Source of the DNA: Candidatus Atelocyanobacterium thalassae | GTDB lineage: Bacteria > Cyanobacteriota > Cyanobacteriia > Cyanobacteriales > Microcystaceae | Direction of reading: 5' to 3' | DNA length: 64,000 nucleotides | Assembly (NCBI GenBank): GCA_051971635.1 | Contig: JBFPLN010000001.1 | Span: 288,001-352,000 of the forward strand | Shown: positions 11,151 through 21,547 of the stretch, one piece after another | How the letters are laid out: each line of letters opens with the position of its first letter | Numbering within the stretch: the first letter of the stretch is position 1 | The notes under the pieces: generated by a model | Database searches by the model: none | What the model saw: only the letters and a program-made list of their open reading frames with translations | Told to the model about the DNA's origin: nothing | Made by a program: the position numbers and the translations under genes

Positions 11151-11399
11151 AATGGTTAGTAAGTATAAATTTTTAGTTCAAAAAATTTTGTTAGCTGAAA
11201 AATAAAAAATTATAATACTGAAAAAATTTATTAGAACAGTATATAAAAATGCCAATTTAGCATTCCTTGCTAAAATGTATTATGGTTAACAGTTAATTAC
11301 CAGATCTTTTTAAGACCTTAGATTTGTTTCTACTATTAAATTGCTATTTTTGATAAAAGTAAATCTAAAAGGAAAAATCTGTTAATAATATATGTACTC

Positions 11400-12032
11400 T
11401 TACAGAGAATCAAAACGGCAGTCTCTGAGCCAGAGACGTATCCCTTCGCCGACTGCGCTATTGATAGAATTGCGAGAAGGTAAAGGTAATGAATTACCTT
11501 TACCTATATTAGCTAGCCTTGAAGAGAGAGATATTAATCTCCAACCATCATCTCCTTTTGATAAAAATATTCTATAGTGATTTTGTAGAAGAAAAACTTC
11601 TTTGTTGCTATAACGTCGCTCTAAAGTTGTAAAAAATGCTTGCTTTGTATTATTTGGAAGTAGAGACTTATACTGAAGGTTCGTTAACGGTAAAGGCTCC
11701 AGCTCGGGTTTTCCTGCTAAAATAATATAACTATATGTATCTACATTACTATTCCTTCTCGTTCTTTGCATTATGCGATTTGCATAACTAGGCAGATCAT
11801 ATAATAACTGTGTTATTAATACTTCGAAGCTACTTGGACAATTTTTCTTAACTGTATTAATAAATAAATACTTATCATTTGTTGTTTTACGCAAATTTTT
11901 AGGTTTGTGTACTTCTATAGTAGCAGAAGTTATGGGGATAAATATCATGCTAAAAATGCCTAGAAAATAGCATTTTAATATAAATAAAGTTTTAATTTTC
12001 GATATCATTAATAATGCGGTTCCATGCTTCAA
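11400..12032 (-). CDS. Conserved hypothetical protein, probably exported (true start may be a downstream ATG)
   Basis: LLYDLPSYANR...LAGKPELEPLPL...FFTTLERRY...IRLWLRDCR; N-terminal hydrophobic stretch; 41-bp overlap with pyrF. Confidence 0.7.
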   Translation of the reverse strand: MKHGTALLMISKIKTLFILKCYFLGIFSMIFIPITSATIEVHKPKNLRKTTNDKYLFINTVKKNCPSSFEVLITQLLYDLPSYANRIMQRTRRNSNVDTYSYIILAGKPELEPLPLTNLQYKSLLPNNTKQAFFTTLERRYSNKEVFLLQNHYRIFLSKGDDGWRLISLSSRLANIGKGNSLPLPSRNSINSAVGEGIRLWLRDCRFDSL

Positions 12033-12690
12033 TTGGATTATTATCCATAGTTATTGGTCGTCCAATAACTAAATAATCTGCACCTGCTTCTAAGGTCTGT
12101 TTAGGCTCCATTACTCTTTTTTGATCTTTAGACTGGGACCAAGAAGGTCTTACTCCTGGACAAACTAATATAAAGTTTTCTCCACATTTCTGCCTTAATT
12201 GAGAAACTTCATGAGGAGAACATACTGCCCCATCAATACCTATTTTTTTAGCTAATAGAGCCATGTGCAAAGCATACTTTTCTAATTCTATAGAAATTTT
12301 CAGATCTTGTTTAAGCTCTTTTGAGTTTAAGCTTGTTAGAAGTGTTACTGCTAATATTTTAGTCGTAGAAGAACTATTAGCAACAGCTTTAGTCGCAGAT
12401 TCCATAGCTTTTTGGCCAGCAGCAGCATGAATAGTTATTAAATCTACTCCATAGTTACTAGCAGCTTTACATGCTCCAGCTATAGTATTGGGAATATCGT
12501 GAAATTTTAAGTCTAAGAAAATTCTTTTTTTCCTATTTTTGAGTAGACTAAATATTTCTGGTCCTAGAGCTACAAAAATTTCTAGTCCTACCTTCCAAAA
12601 ATTTACTTGAGGCAGTTCGTCCAAAAGGGCAACTGCGGCTTTCTTATCAGGGACATCTAATGGAACAATTATTTGATTAGTAGAAAACAT
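11992..12690 (-). CDS. pyrF: Orotidine-5'-phosphate decarboxylase
   Basis: FLDLKFHDIPNT catalytic motif, CPGVRP, DQKR, VIGRPI; ATG at 12690 preferred over TTG at 12705. Confidence 0.95.
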   Translation of the reverse strand: MFSTNQIIVPLDVPDKKAAVALLDELPQVNFWKVGLEIFVALGPEIFSLLKNRKKRIFLDLKFHDIPNTIAGACKAASNYGVDLITIHAAAGQKAMESATKAVANSSSTTKILAVTLLTSLNSKELKQDLKISIELEKYALHMALLAKKIGIDGAVCSPHEVSQLRQKCGENFILVCPGVRPSWSQSKDQKRVMEPKQTLEAGADYLVIGRPITMDNNPIEAWNRIINDIEN

Positions 12691-13073
12691 TGAAAAAGGT
12701 ATCAAATTATTGAATTATACTAAATATAAGAATTAATCTCGCAAAAATGTATTATTGGTAATTAATATTTATCTTTAGAATTATTTGTAAAAGTATAACA
12801 AAGCCAATAACATATAACAGTATATACTTATGGACTGACTTTTATAAGTGCATCCTATAGCCTGATAAAGTATAGCAGACATATTTAAAATCAATGTATA
12901 AATAAAAGTTTAAATGTAGATTACTGATTAAAAATATCTATTCAATCTGAACTACTGTTAAAGAAGTTTTATATAATTTTTCTTTTCTATGTAACCGCTT
13001 TACGATTAGTTACTTCTATACAAGAAATTAGTTCAATAATTAAACTTTTTATCAAGTTAACATAATATATAGC

Positions 13074-13550
13074 ATGCACCATGTATCTATTCGTACAGCT
13101 AATATCCATAAAGCAATAACTTTTTATGAGATTCTGGGTTTTACTATCCAAAATCGCTTTACCACAGGTTATACTCTAGCATGCTGGATGCAAGGATTGG
13201 GAGGAAGAATTGAATTGATTGAGATTCCTGAACCTAAAATAGCTCCAAATATTTTCCAAGATAGTCATTATGTTGGTTACTACCATATATCTTTTGATTT
13301 GACTGACCATACTTCAGATCTATCTATGTGGTTAGATAAATTAAAAATTAATTTTTCTAAATATGAATATGCTGAAAATAATCTTAATAATTCTTCATTT
13401 CCAATTATTTTACTTGAACCTCAGAAGCAGATGATTGGCGATAAGCTTTATGAAATAGCATTTATTCAAGATCAAGACGGATTACCATTAGAATTTATTA
13501 GAATTTTAGATAATGATAGTTATGGTCAGGAATTAAATACTGGCTTTTAA
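13074..13550 (+). CDS. VOC/glyoxalase family protein
   Basis: MHHVSIRTANI, YYHISFD, DQDGLPLEFI. Confidence 0.85.
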   Translation: MHHVSIRTANIHKAITFYEILGFTIQNRFTTGYTLACWMQGLGGRIELIEIPEPKIAPNIFQDSHYVGYYHISFDLTDHTSDLSMWLDKLKINFSKYEYAENNLNNSSFPIILLEPQKQMIGDKLYEIAFIQDQDGLPLEFIRILDNDSYGQELNTGF

Positions 13551-13608
13551 CCTAGCGACTCTTTGATGTGAAAGAAATGTTAAAAAATCTATTTTTTTTC
13601 ACAATATA

Positions 13609-13661
13609 AAAATACTATCAAACTATTCCTGTCTAAACAAAAACTCATTTGATAGTATTTT
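13609..13661. terminator. Likely bidirectional terminator between convergent VOC gene and ctaE
   Basis: 14-bp inverted repeat AAAATACTATCAAA / TTTGATAGTATTTT. Confidence 0.55.
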
Positions 13662-13670
13662 AAATAGAAT

Positions 13671-14258
13671 TTAAAGCAAATAAACTAATACAAAAAGAAT
13701 AATCCAAACTACATCGACAAAATGCCAATAAATTTCTGCTGCCTCAACACCAAAATAAGATTCACTTGTATAGTGCCCTTCTTTAGAAGAACGCCACAAA
13801 ACTGCTAATATCAATAACAGACCGAAAGATACATGTAATCCATGAAATCCTGTTAAAACATAAAAACAACTAGCAAATAAATTTGTAGTTAATCCCATTT
13901 CTAAGTGAAAATACTCATACATTTGACCGGCAAGAAAGATAAAACCCATCAAAGCTGTTATTCCGAACCAAAGCCTTAATCTAGAAACATCGTTTTTCTT
14001 AATAGCAGCCTGTCCTTTATGCATAACAAAACTACTAGAAACTAAAATGATGGTATTAATTCCGGGTAGTAGAAGTTCTAATTCTGGCGTTCCTGTAGGT
14101 GGCCAAACAGGCATCACAGTTTTGTAAACTAAGAATGCACTAAATAGTCCTAGGAAAATGGAACTTTCTGCTATTAAGAATAAGACTAAACCGAATAATC
14201 TATGATCATGATGAACATGATTAGTCTCATGAGATTTTTGAATTGCTGAACCTTGCAT
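13671..14258 (-). CDS. ctaE: Cytochrome c oxidase subunit III
   Basis: FLIAESSIF, TGFHGLHV, YWHFVDVVW. Confidence 0.95.
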   Translation of the reverse strand: MQGSAIQKSHETNHVHHDHRLFGLVLFLIAESSIFLGLFSAFLVYKTVMPVWPPTGTPELELLLPGINTIILVSSSFVMHKGQAAIKKNDVSRLRLWFGITALMGFIFLAGQMYEYFHLEMGLTTNLFASCFYVLTGFHGLHVSFGLLLILAVLWRSSKEGHYTSESYFGVEAAEIYWHFVDVVWIILFVLVYLL

Positions 14259-14378
14259 AACAAATTAAATGTTGAAATGATTTAATGAAGAGCATAAATA
14301 AATGGGAAATGGCAAAGTTGTGTTTCTCTACTACATTTCCCTATGGGCTATCTTTCATAAGAAAGATAGAAATACGAC

Positions 14379-16046
14379 TTATTTAGAGTTAGAACCTGTT
14401 TCAGTAAGGGTATCTCCAAAAACCTTCTCAAAATCGAATTCTTCAGAGTTTAATCCATAATCATATGGACCTGCCCATAGGACTGGTTCTCCATCAAAAT
14501 TTTCAATTGCTGGAGGAGATGATGTCTGCCATTCTAAGGTATACGCTCTCCAAGGATTACGGCTAACTTTTTCACCGTTTAATAAACTAAGGAATATATT
14601 TATAACAAAAGGTAAAGTTGACAGGCCAAGTATATAAGCTCCTATAGTTGCAACCTGATTCAAAGGCTGAAATTGAACATCATATAGTGCTATACGACGA
14701 TTCATTCCTAATAATCCCAATTCATGCATTGGCATAAATGTGATATTTAATCCTATGAATAATAAAGCAAAATGGACTTTTCCAAGAAACTCATTAAACA
14801 TCTTACCTGTCATTTTTGGGAACCAATGGTAAAATCCTGCAAATAATCCCATGGATGCTCCTCCAAAGAGGACATAGTGAAAATGAGCTACCACAAAATA
14901 AGTATCATGGACATGAATGTCAAAGGGAACTGAAGATAACATAACTCCAGTTAATCCACCTAAAGTGAAGATAGTGAGAAATCCGAATCCGAAGAGAAAG
15001 GGAGTATTTAGGTTTATTTTCCCTCCCCAAATAGTTGCGACCCAACCAAATACCTTAATACCTGTGGGGATAGCAATTAACATCGTAGCAGCCATGAAAA
15101 ATATTCTTAACCATCCAGGTATTCCACTAGTAAACATATGGTGTGCCCAAACAATTAGACCAAGAAAACTAATTCCTAAACTAGAGTAAGCGATAGCACG
15201 ATAGCCAAAAATAGGTTTCCTTACATGAACAGGTAAAACTTCAGAAATAACCCCAAAAAAGGGTAAAATCATAATGTAGACTGCTGGATGTGAGTAAAAC
15301 CAAAACATATGTTGATACAGTACTGGATCTCCACCACCTGCAGGATTAAAAAAGCTAGTTCCAGCAATTAAATCAAAAGATAAAAGAACTAATGCTGCAG
15401 CTAAAACAGGAGTAGACAATAAAATCAAAGTAGAGGTTGCCAACATAGACCAACAAAATAATGGCATGCTATGCAAGTCCATCTCTTTGATTCGCATTTT
15501 TAATATAGTGGTTAAAAAATTTATAGATCCTAGAATCGAAGAGGTTCCTATTAATAGAACACTTAAGATCCAGATTTCTTCACCCCATATTCCACTAACT
15601 AAACTTAATGGTGGATAAGAAGTCCATCCAGCTTGTGCGGCTCCACCATCAACAAAAAAGCTTAGTAATAACAGAATGCCTCCTGGTGGTGTTAACCAGA
15701 AAGCTACTGCATTAAGAGTAGGAAAAGCCATGTCTTCAGCCCCAATCATTAAAGGGATTAAATAATTGGCATAAGCTGCTCCTGCAGGTACGATCCACAA
15801 AAAGATCATAATCGTACCATGCATGGTTAAAACTTGGTTATACAAGAAAGGAGTTACAAAATCAGGATCAGGAGTAGCTAATTCTATTCTAAGAACTTCA
15901 GCAAGAGCTCCACCTATAAAATAAAAAAGAAAGGATGTGACTAGATACTGAATTCCAATAACCTTGTGATCTGTACAAAAGGTAAAGTAATCTGTCCATT
16001 TCCTTTGTTGATGTTCTGTTTGGGTTGATTCGATGATGGTTGTCAT
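14379..16046 (-). CDS. ctaD: Cytochrome c oxidase subunit I
   Basis: DHKVIG, HGTIM, WFYSHPAVY, WAHHMF, HFHYV heme-copper ligands. Confidence 0.97.
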   Translation of the reverse strand: MTTIIESTQTEHQQRKWTDYFTFCTDHKVIGIQYLVTSFLFYFIGGALAEVLRIELATPDPDFVTPFLYNQVLTMHGTIMIFLWIVPAGAAYANYLIPLMIGAEDMAFPTLNAVAFWLTPPGGILLLLSFFVDGGAAQAGWTSYPPLSLVSGIWGEEIWILSVLLIGTSSILGSINFLTTILKMRIKEMDLHSMPLFCWSMLATSTLILLSTPVLAAALVLLSFDLIAGTSFFNPAGGGDPVLYQHMFWFYSHPAVYIMILPFFGVISEVLPVHVRKPIFGYRAIAYSSLGISFLGLIVWAHHMFTSGIPGWLRIFFMAATMLIAIPTGIKVFGWVATIWGGKINLNTPFLFGFGFLTIFTLGGLTGVMLSSVPFDIHVHDTYFVVAHFHYVLFGGASMGLFAGFYHWFPKMTGKMFNEFLGKVHFALLFIGLNITFMPMHELGLLGMNRRIALYDVQFQPLNQVATIGAYILGLSTLPFVINIFLSLLNGEKVSRNPWRAYTLEWQTSSPPAIENFDGEPVLWAGPYDYGLNSEEFDFEKVFGDTLTETGSNSK

Positions 16047-16120
16047 AGAATTTTAATCAATAAATTAAGCTAAACCTAGATAAAGGATTACAAATAAGAT
16101 TCCGAGTCAAGATTTTAATC

Positions 16121-17059
16121 TTAAGAGTCGTGATGAGGATAATTATTAAGTAGCTCAGCCACAGTATCTTTCTCTGTACTTATATTCTCAGTATAAGGAG
16201 TTAGAAATTTTTCGTTAGGAGAATTATTGTCAATAGTTAAAGTTTTCTCAAGACGTGCTTCTTGAACAGGTTTGTTGGACTTTAGCCATTCATCATAAGC
16301 ATTTTGACTATCAACATGAAGAACAGATTTCATGCCTCCATGATAAGGACCACATAGTTCCGCACAAACAATAGGATAATCTCCTTCAAGTTTAGGAATG
16401 AAAGAAATAATACTTTGACGTCCTGGGATAGTATCTTGTTTTAAGCGTAACTGAGGTACCCAAAAAGCATGAAGTACATCTTTCGCAGTCATATTGAGTT
16501 GAACTGGACGATTATTAGGAACATGAAGTTCACCAGATACAATACCTGTTTCTGGATACGTAAAAAGCCAAGCATATTGCATAGCTTTAACATCTACCAA
16601 TAAAGCATCTTTTCCAAATGACTTTCCAATTCCTAGAGCTACCTGATCATCAGGACTATTTATTGCTATTTGTTGAGGGGGATAGTTTTTAGTATTAACA
16701 GGATCCAGACCTCCAAGCTTGTTATAAGTTTGAAAACTATAAAAAGCAAGAACAAAAACAATCAATACAGGAATGGTTGTCCATACTATTTCTAAAGCAA
16801 CATTTCCTTCAATATGAGGTCCATCACTAGTATCTCCTTTCCGACGACGAAATTTGAAAAGACTATAAACTAAAGCCCCTTCCACCAAGAGGAAAAGTCC
16901 TGTAGCAATAGTCATCATAAAATTAAATAATTTATCCACTTCTTCTGCATTTTCAGAAGCGGCTACTGGCATTAATCCATGATTTTGACCATACCAGAGA
17001 CTGATTAATGTGATAAGAACACCAGCTATAAGGGTGATAATACTACTTGGGATGTTCAC
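16121..17059 (-). CDS. ctaC: Cytochrome c oxidase subunit II
   Basis: DVLHAF and CAELCGPYHGGM CuA motif; GTG start. Confidence 0.96.
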   Translation of the reverse strand: MNIPSSIITLIAGVLITLISLWYGQNHGLMPVAASENAEEVDKLFNFMMTIATGLFLLVEGALVYSLFKFRRRKGDTSDGPHIEGNVALEIVWTTIPVLIVFVLAFYSFQTYNKLGGLDPVNTKNYPPQQIAINSPDDQVALGIGKSFGKDALLVDVKAMQYAWLFTYPETGIVSGELHVPNNRPVQLNMTAKDVLHAFWVPQLRLKQDTIPGRQSIISFIPKLEGDYPIVCAELCGPYHGGMKSVLHVDSQNAYDEWLKSNKPVQEARLEKTLTIDNNSPNEKFLTPYTENISTEKDTVAELLNNYPHHDS

Positions 17060-17420
17060 GGCTATTAAATAAATTAGACGATTACCTATTTAATAAGATT
17101 AAAGCTAAGTCTTTAAAAAAATTGTTTTTTTACAACATATCTACTAATCTTTTTTATTTCTTTAGGATCTAATTAAGTTATGACCCATATGATTTAGGAA
17201 GATACAACTAGATATAATTACTAACTTTTTTGCAAAAGAATATTTAAATAAATATTTCATATACTGTATTCTATGATTAAATAGCAAAGAGAAATCTTGC
17301 ATTAGAATTAACAAATTAAATTTGTTTTAAAAAATTAGAAATAATTTTAGTTATAGCTAATATTCTTTAAAGCATAATTTGAGAATTTTTTCATTTATTA
17401 TTGTCTTCATTGTTTAAAAT

Positions 17421-18185
17421 ATGGAAACTCAACAACATAAATTTAACTTAATTACTAATATTACTGGAGAGCCTTATCAACCAGCTAGACTATACTATAA
17501 AGTATCTAATAAGGAATCAGTTTTAAATATTTTTCGTAAATTACAATGTTTAGAGTTTCATTCTTCAAGTGATCGCTGGTATTGGTTTTATTCTGAAGAG
17601 GCAAAAAAAATTCGATTCGAAAAATCTCATAACAAAATTTCTAAGGAAAATGGTAATGTTTCTTTAGGATATTTTATTTTTCTGAATGATCAGACAATGA
17701 TCCTAGAAGTTCGTTCTTTTCAAAGAGTGATAGCAGCGATAAACTTTTTTAGAACCAGACTTAATTGGCGTATAGGAGAACCGGTCAAATTACGTTTAGT
17801 AAATAAATTATTTAGTTGTTCACCTGAAGAAAATCCTCAGCCGCCTAGTTCCTTTTCAGACTTTTTTGATCAAGACAGCGATAATATAGTTACACATAAT
17901 CCTGAAGATTTAGCTAAAGAGATAGAACTTATAAGTAGTCAACATACAACTGAAGTAGAAAAAGATGAAGCAATTGCTAGTTATATGGAAAATAAGTCTA
18001 AACATCCTTTATCTGAAATTGAAGAAATCACAGTTAATATTCATAATCATGGATTATCAATTTTAGAAATGGCATTAAAAATGAGACAAATTGAGGCTTG
18101 GGAACATTGGCAAGGTAATCAACATTTTACTCAATATGATTTAATTCAAAAGATACTGAAACATATACCAAGCAATGATTCTTAA
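17421..18185 (+). CDS. Hypothetical protein
   Basis: 254-aa ORF followed by a perfect hairpin; no recognisable family motif. Confidence 0.7.
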   Translation: METQQHKFNLITNITGEPYQPARLYYKVSNKESVLNIFRKLQCLEFHSSSDRWYWFYSEEAKKIRFEKSHNKISKENGNVSLGYFIFLNDQTMILEVRSFQRVIAAINFFRTRLNWRIGEPVKLRLVNKLFSCSPEENPQPPSSFSDFFDQDSDNIVTHNPEDLAKEIELISSQHTTEVEKDEAIASYMENKSKHPLSEIEEITVNIHNHGLSILEMALKMRQIEAWEHWQGNQHFTQYDLIQKILKHIPSNDS

Positions 18186-18187
18186 AA

Positions 18188-18233
18188 AGTGATAATAGAT
18201 TAAAAATATAAATACTTTTAATCTATTATCACT
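18188..18233 (+). terminator. Hairpin directly after the 17421-18185 stop codon
   Basis: 18-bp perfect inverted repeat AGTGATAATAGATTAAAA / TTTTAATCTATTATCACT. Confidence 0.6.
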
Positions 18234-18335
18234 ATATATATGTGTTAACCATGACATAATAAAGGAATAATTTTCACGATAAACGGTTAAGTAGTTCCTA
18301 TTTAATCGTATAAAAATAAATCACACTCTTAATAT

Positions 18336-19691
18336 ATGAGTCAACAAAATAATCTTATTAAGCTAAATATAGTTGACATAAACAATAATGGTGAAGGCGT
18401 AGGTAAGTTTGAAGAAAAAATTATTTTTGTTCCTAATACAGTTACAGGAGACGTTGTCTTAGTACATCTAGATTTTATTAAGCGACAATATGCATATGGA
18501 AAAGTAAAAGAAATTATTCACTTTTCTCCTTATAGAACTCGTCCGAGCTGTATTGTTGCAGACAAATGTGGTGGTTGCCAATGGCAACATATTTCTTCTG
18601 AGTATCAGCTTTATATCAAACAGAATAAAGTTATTCAATCTTTAAAAAGAATAGGTGGATTTAAAAATATTTCTGTTTTACCAATTTTGTCATCACCAGA
18701 GATATTTGGTTACCGGAACAAAGCTACCTATCCTCTGAGTTCTTCAAAATCTGGGAATGTGCATGCAGGATACTATCAACGCTATACACATAAATCAATT
18801 AATCTTAACCAATGTCCAATACAAGATTCTCGACTAAATCCTTTTTTGGCTGAAATTAAATTAGATATAGAAAAGCAAGGATGGACTATTTATAATGAAC
18901 GAACTCATCAGGGACAACTACGCCATTTAGCTTTACGTATTGGCCAAAGTACTGGCGAAATTTTATTAACTTTAATCAGTACTAGTGGCGATATTGCTAA
19001 AATTAAAAAGCAGGCGAAACTATGGTTAGAAAAGTATCCAAATTTGGTTGGAGTTTTGATAAATCAGAACCCTGAAAAGAGTAATAAGATTTTTGGGAAT
19101 AAAACTTTAAGTGTTGCTGGAAAGTCTTTTTTAAAAGAAAATTTTTTTAATATTGATTTCAAGCTAAGACCTGATACATTTTTTCAAGTTAATACCCAGG
19201 CTGCAGAAACGCTATTGCATTCTTTATTAGATAATTTAATATTAACTGGTAAAGAGAAAATAGTTGATGCTTATTGTGGAATTGGCACTTTTACTCTACC
19301 CCTTGCAAAAAGAGTTAGTCATGTTACTGGAATCGAAATTAGTTATGATTCTATTGAACAGGCTAAAATGAATGCTAAAGTAAACAATATAGATAATGCA
19401 GTATTTTACCAAGGTGCAGTAAAAGATATATTACCTTCACTCAATATTTATCCTGACATTGTTTTGTTAGATCCTCCGCGAAAAGGTTGCGAAGATAGTG
19501 TTATAGAAATATTAAGAAAAGTTTGCCCACCTTTGATAATCTATATAAGTTGTCAACCCTCAACATTAGCTCGTGATTTAAAAAAAATATGCCATCAAAA
19601 TTTATATAAGATTTTATGGATACAACCAGTTGACTTTTTCCCTCAAACACCTCACGTAGAATCAATTGTAGCAATTAGACGTATAGTTTAA
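18336..19691 (+). CDS. rlmD: 23S rRNA (uracil-5)-methyltransferase
   Basis: TRAM N-terminus, C..CGGCQ Fe-S motif, FFQVN, DAYCGIG, LDPPRKG, YISC, DFFPQTPHVE. Confidence 0.92.
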   Translation: MSQQNNLIKLNIVDINNNGEGVGKFEEKIIFVPNTVTGDVVLVHLDFIKRQYAYGKVKEIIHFSPYRTRPSCIVADKCGGCQWQHISSEYQLYIKQNKVIQSLKRIGGFKNISVLPILSSPEIFGYRNKATYPLSSSKSGNVHAGYYQRYTHKSINLNQCPIQDSRLNPFLAEIKLDIEKQGWTIYNERTHQGQLRHLALRIGQSTGEILLTLISTSGDIAKIKKQAKLWLEKYPNLVGVLINQNPEKSNKIFGNKTLSVAGKSFLKENFFNIDFKLRPDTFFQVNTQAAETLLHSLLDNLILTGKEKIVDAYCGIGTFTLPLAKRVSHVTGIEISYDSIEQAKMNAKVNNIDNAVFYQGAVKDILPSLNIYPDIVLLDPPRKGCEDSVIEILRKVCPPLIIYISCQPSTLARDLKKICHQNLYKILWIQPVDFFPQTPHVESIVAIRRIV

Positions 19692-19870
19692 TATAATGTT
19701 ACATTAGATAAAGTCGGCTTAATAATATTTCTCATATATCAAAATTTATCATTAGATTTATTACTTGAAAGACTAGTAAATCTAAGTTGAAGAAAATAAA
19801 CAATTACTGAGAAGATTACGATTAGCTAAGGGTTAAATTTCGTAACATATTATTCAAGAGGTGACAGCAG

Positions 19871-20362
19871 ATGGTTGCTATTTCCCTACCGCCAACAAAG
19901 CGATATGGTCGTACAATGAGCTTCACATCAACGTTATATCTATTCCCAATTCTTGACTTATTATTAACTGAAGTTCCAGACGAATTGAGGCCAGAAATAA
20001 GATTAGGCTTACAAGAAGCACTCGTTAATGCAGCAAAACATGGCAATAAACTTGATCCATCAAAATTTATTGTTGTTCAATTTTTTATAAATGAAAATGA
20101 TGGATACTCATGGATAATATCTGATCAAGGAGTAGGGTTCACTTCTCATAATAACTATAAAGAATGTACGAAGAAAGGGTTCCCTTCCGATGATTCTGAA
20201 AATGGCAGAGGCTTTTATGTACTTAATGAAGTTTTTGACCAAGTCCATTGGGATCAAAAAAATACTCAATTAAGATTATCTAAACATATCAAAAAAATTA
20301 AAACAACAACTTTTTCTTTTTTTACGTTGTTTTTAAATGAGTTTAGATTAAAAATTTATTAG
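19871..20362 (+). CDS. pmgA: Anti-sigma-factor-like Ser/Thr kinase PmgA (RsbW/HATPase fold)
   Basis: SFTSTLYL, LGLQEALVNAAKHGN, DQGVG, ENGRG; follows the RNA methyltransferase gene as in Synechocystis. Confidence 0.82.
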   Translation: MVAISLPPTKRYGRTMSFTSTLYLFPILDLLLTEVPDELRPEIRLGLQEALVNAAKHGNKLDPSKFIVVQFFINENDGYSWIISDQGVGFTSHNNYKECTKKGFPSDDSENGRGFYVLNEVFDQVHWDQKNTQLRLSKHIKKIKTTTFSFFTLFLNEFRLKIY

Positions 20363-20547
20363 TCCAAGAAAAAATGAGACTATCAATATAAGCTGACCAC
20401 ATATGTTAAATGTTGTAATTTCTCGTTCTGACACTTATACATTAATTACCACTAGTAAATTAATTACCTAAATATGGAGCTTGAATCATGATGCTCATAC
20501 GTTACAATAAAATGATATTAAATTTAAAGATAAGTAAAACTAGTTAA

Positions 20548-21537
20548 GTGGCAAAAATATTAGTAACGGGAGCAGCTGGTTTCATTGGATTCCATTTGAG
20601 TCAATATCTTCTAAAAAATAATAATATTATTATTGGTATTGATAACTTAAATTCTTATTATGAAGTTTCACTAAAAAAAGCACGCCTTGATCAGCTTAGA
20701 GCTAAAAAAAATTTTACTTTCTATTTAGTAGATATAGCTAATCGAAAACATGTTTCTCAAATATTTACTGAACACAAATTTGATTACGTTGTTCATTTAG
20801 CTGCCCAAGCTGGTGTTCGTTATTCTATAGAAAATCCATATACTTATGTAGATAGTAATCTAACTGGTTTTGTTAATATTTTAGAAGAATGTCGTTACGG
20901 AGATATTAAACATTTAGTTTACGCTTCGTCTAGTTCTGTATATGGAGCTAACAAAAAAATTCCTTTTTCCATTTCAGACAATGTTGATCATCCTTTAAGT
21001 TTATATGCAGCTACAAAAAAAGCTAATGAATTAATGGCATATACTTATAGTCATCTATACAAGATTCCCACAACAGGACTACGTTTCTTTACAGTTTATG
21101 GCCCTTGGGGAAGACCAGATATGGCATACTTCTTATTTACAAAATCAATATTATCAGGCCAGCCTATTAATGTTTTTAATCAAGGCAACATGAAGAGAGA
21201 TTTTACGTATATTGAAGATATTGTTGAAGGAGTTACAAAAGTTATATATAAGGTTCCTATAAACTCTAAAGCCAATGGGATAGAATCACAAGTGCCATAT
21301 AGAATTTATAATATCGGTAATAATACGCCAGTAGATCTTAAACATTTTATCGAAATATTAGAAAAATGCTTAGAACGTCAGGCTATTAAAAAATATTTAC
21401 CAATGCAGCCAGGAGATGTGCCAATTACCTATGCAAATATAGATAATTTAGCCAAAGATATAGGCTTTAAACCTAGTACCAACTTAGCGACAGGTTTAGA
21501 AAAATTTGTAAGCTGGTATCGAGAATACTACAAGTAA
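20548..21537 (+). CDS. NAD-dependent epimerase (UDP-glucuronate 4-epimerase-like)
   Basis: GAAGFIG, HLAAQAGVRYS, YAATKK, RFFTVYGPWGRPDMA. Confidence 0.9.
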   Translation: MAKILVTGAAGFIGFHLSQYLLKNNNIIIGIDNLNSYYEVSLKKARLDQLRAKKNFTFYLVDIANRKHVSQIFTEHKFDYVVHLAAQAGVRYSIENPYTYVDSNLTGFVNILEECRYGDIKHLVYASSSSVYGANKKIPFSISDNVDHPLSLYAATKKANELMAYTYSHLYKIPTTGLRFFTVYGPWGRPDMAYFLFTKSILSGQPINVFNQGNMKRDFTYIEDIVEGVTKVIYKVPINSKANGIESQVPYRIYNIGNNTPVDLKHFIEILEKCLERQAIKKYLPMQPGDVPITYANIDNLAKDIGFKPSTNLATGLEKFVSWYREYYK

Positions 21538-21547
21538 TATTAAAAAA

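Noticed and set aside
11151..11399. Riboswitch upstream of the ECF operon
   Set aside because: No TPP, cobalamin, FMN, SAM or purine consensus visible; region is very AT-rich
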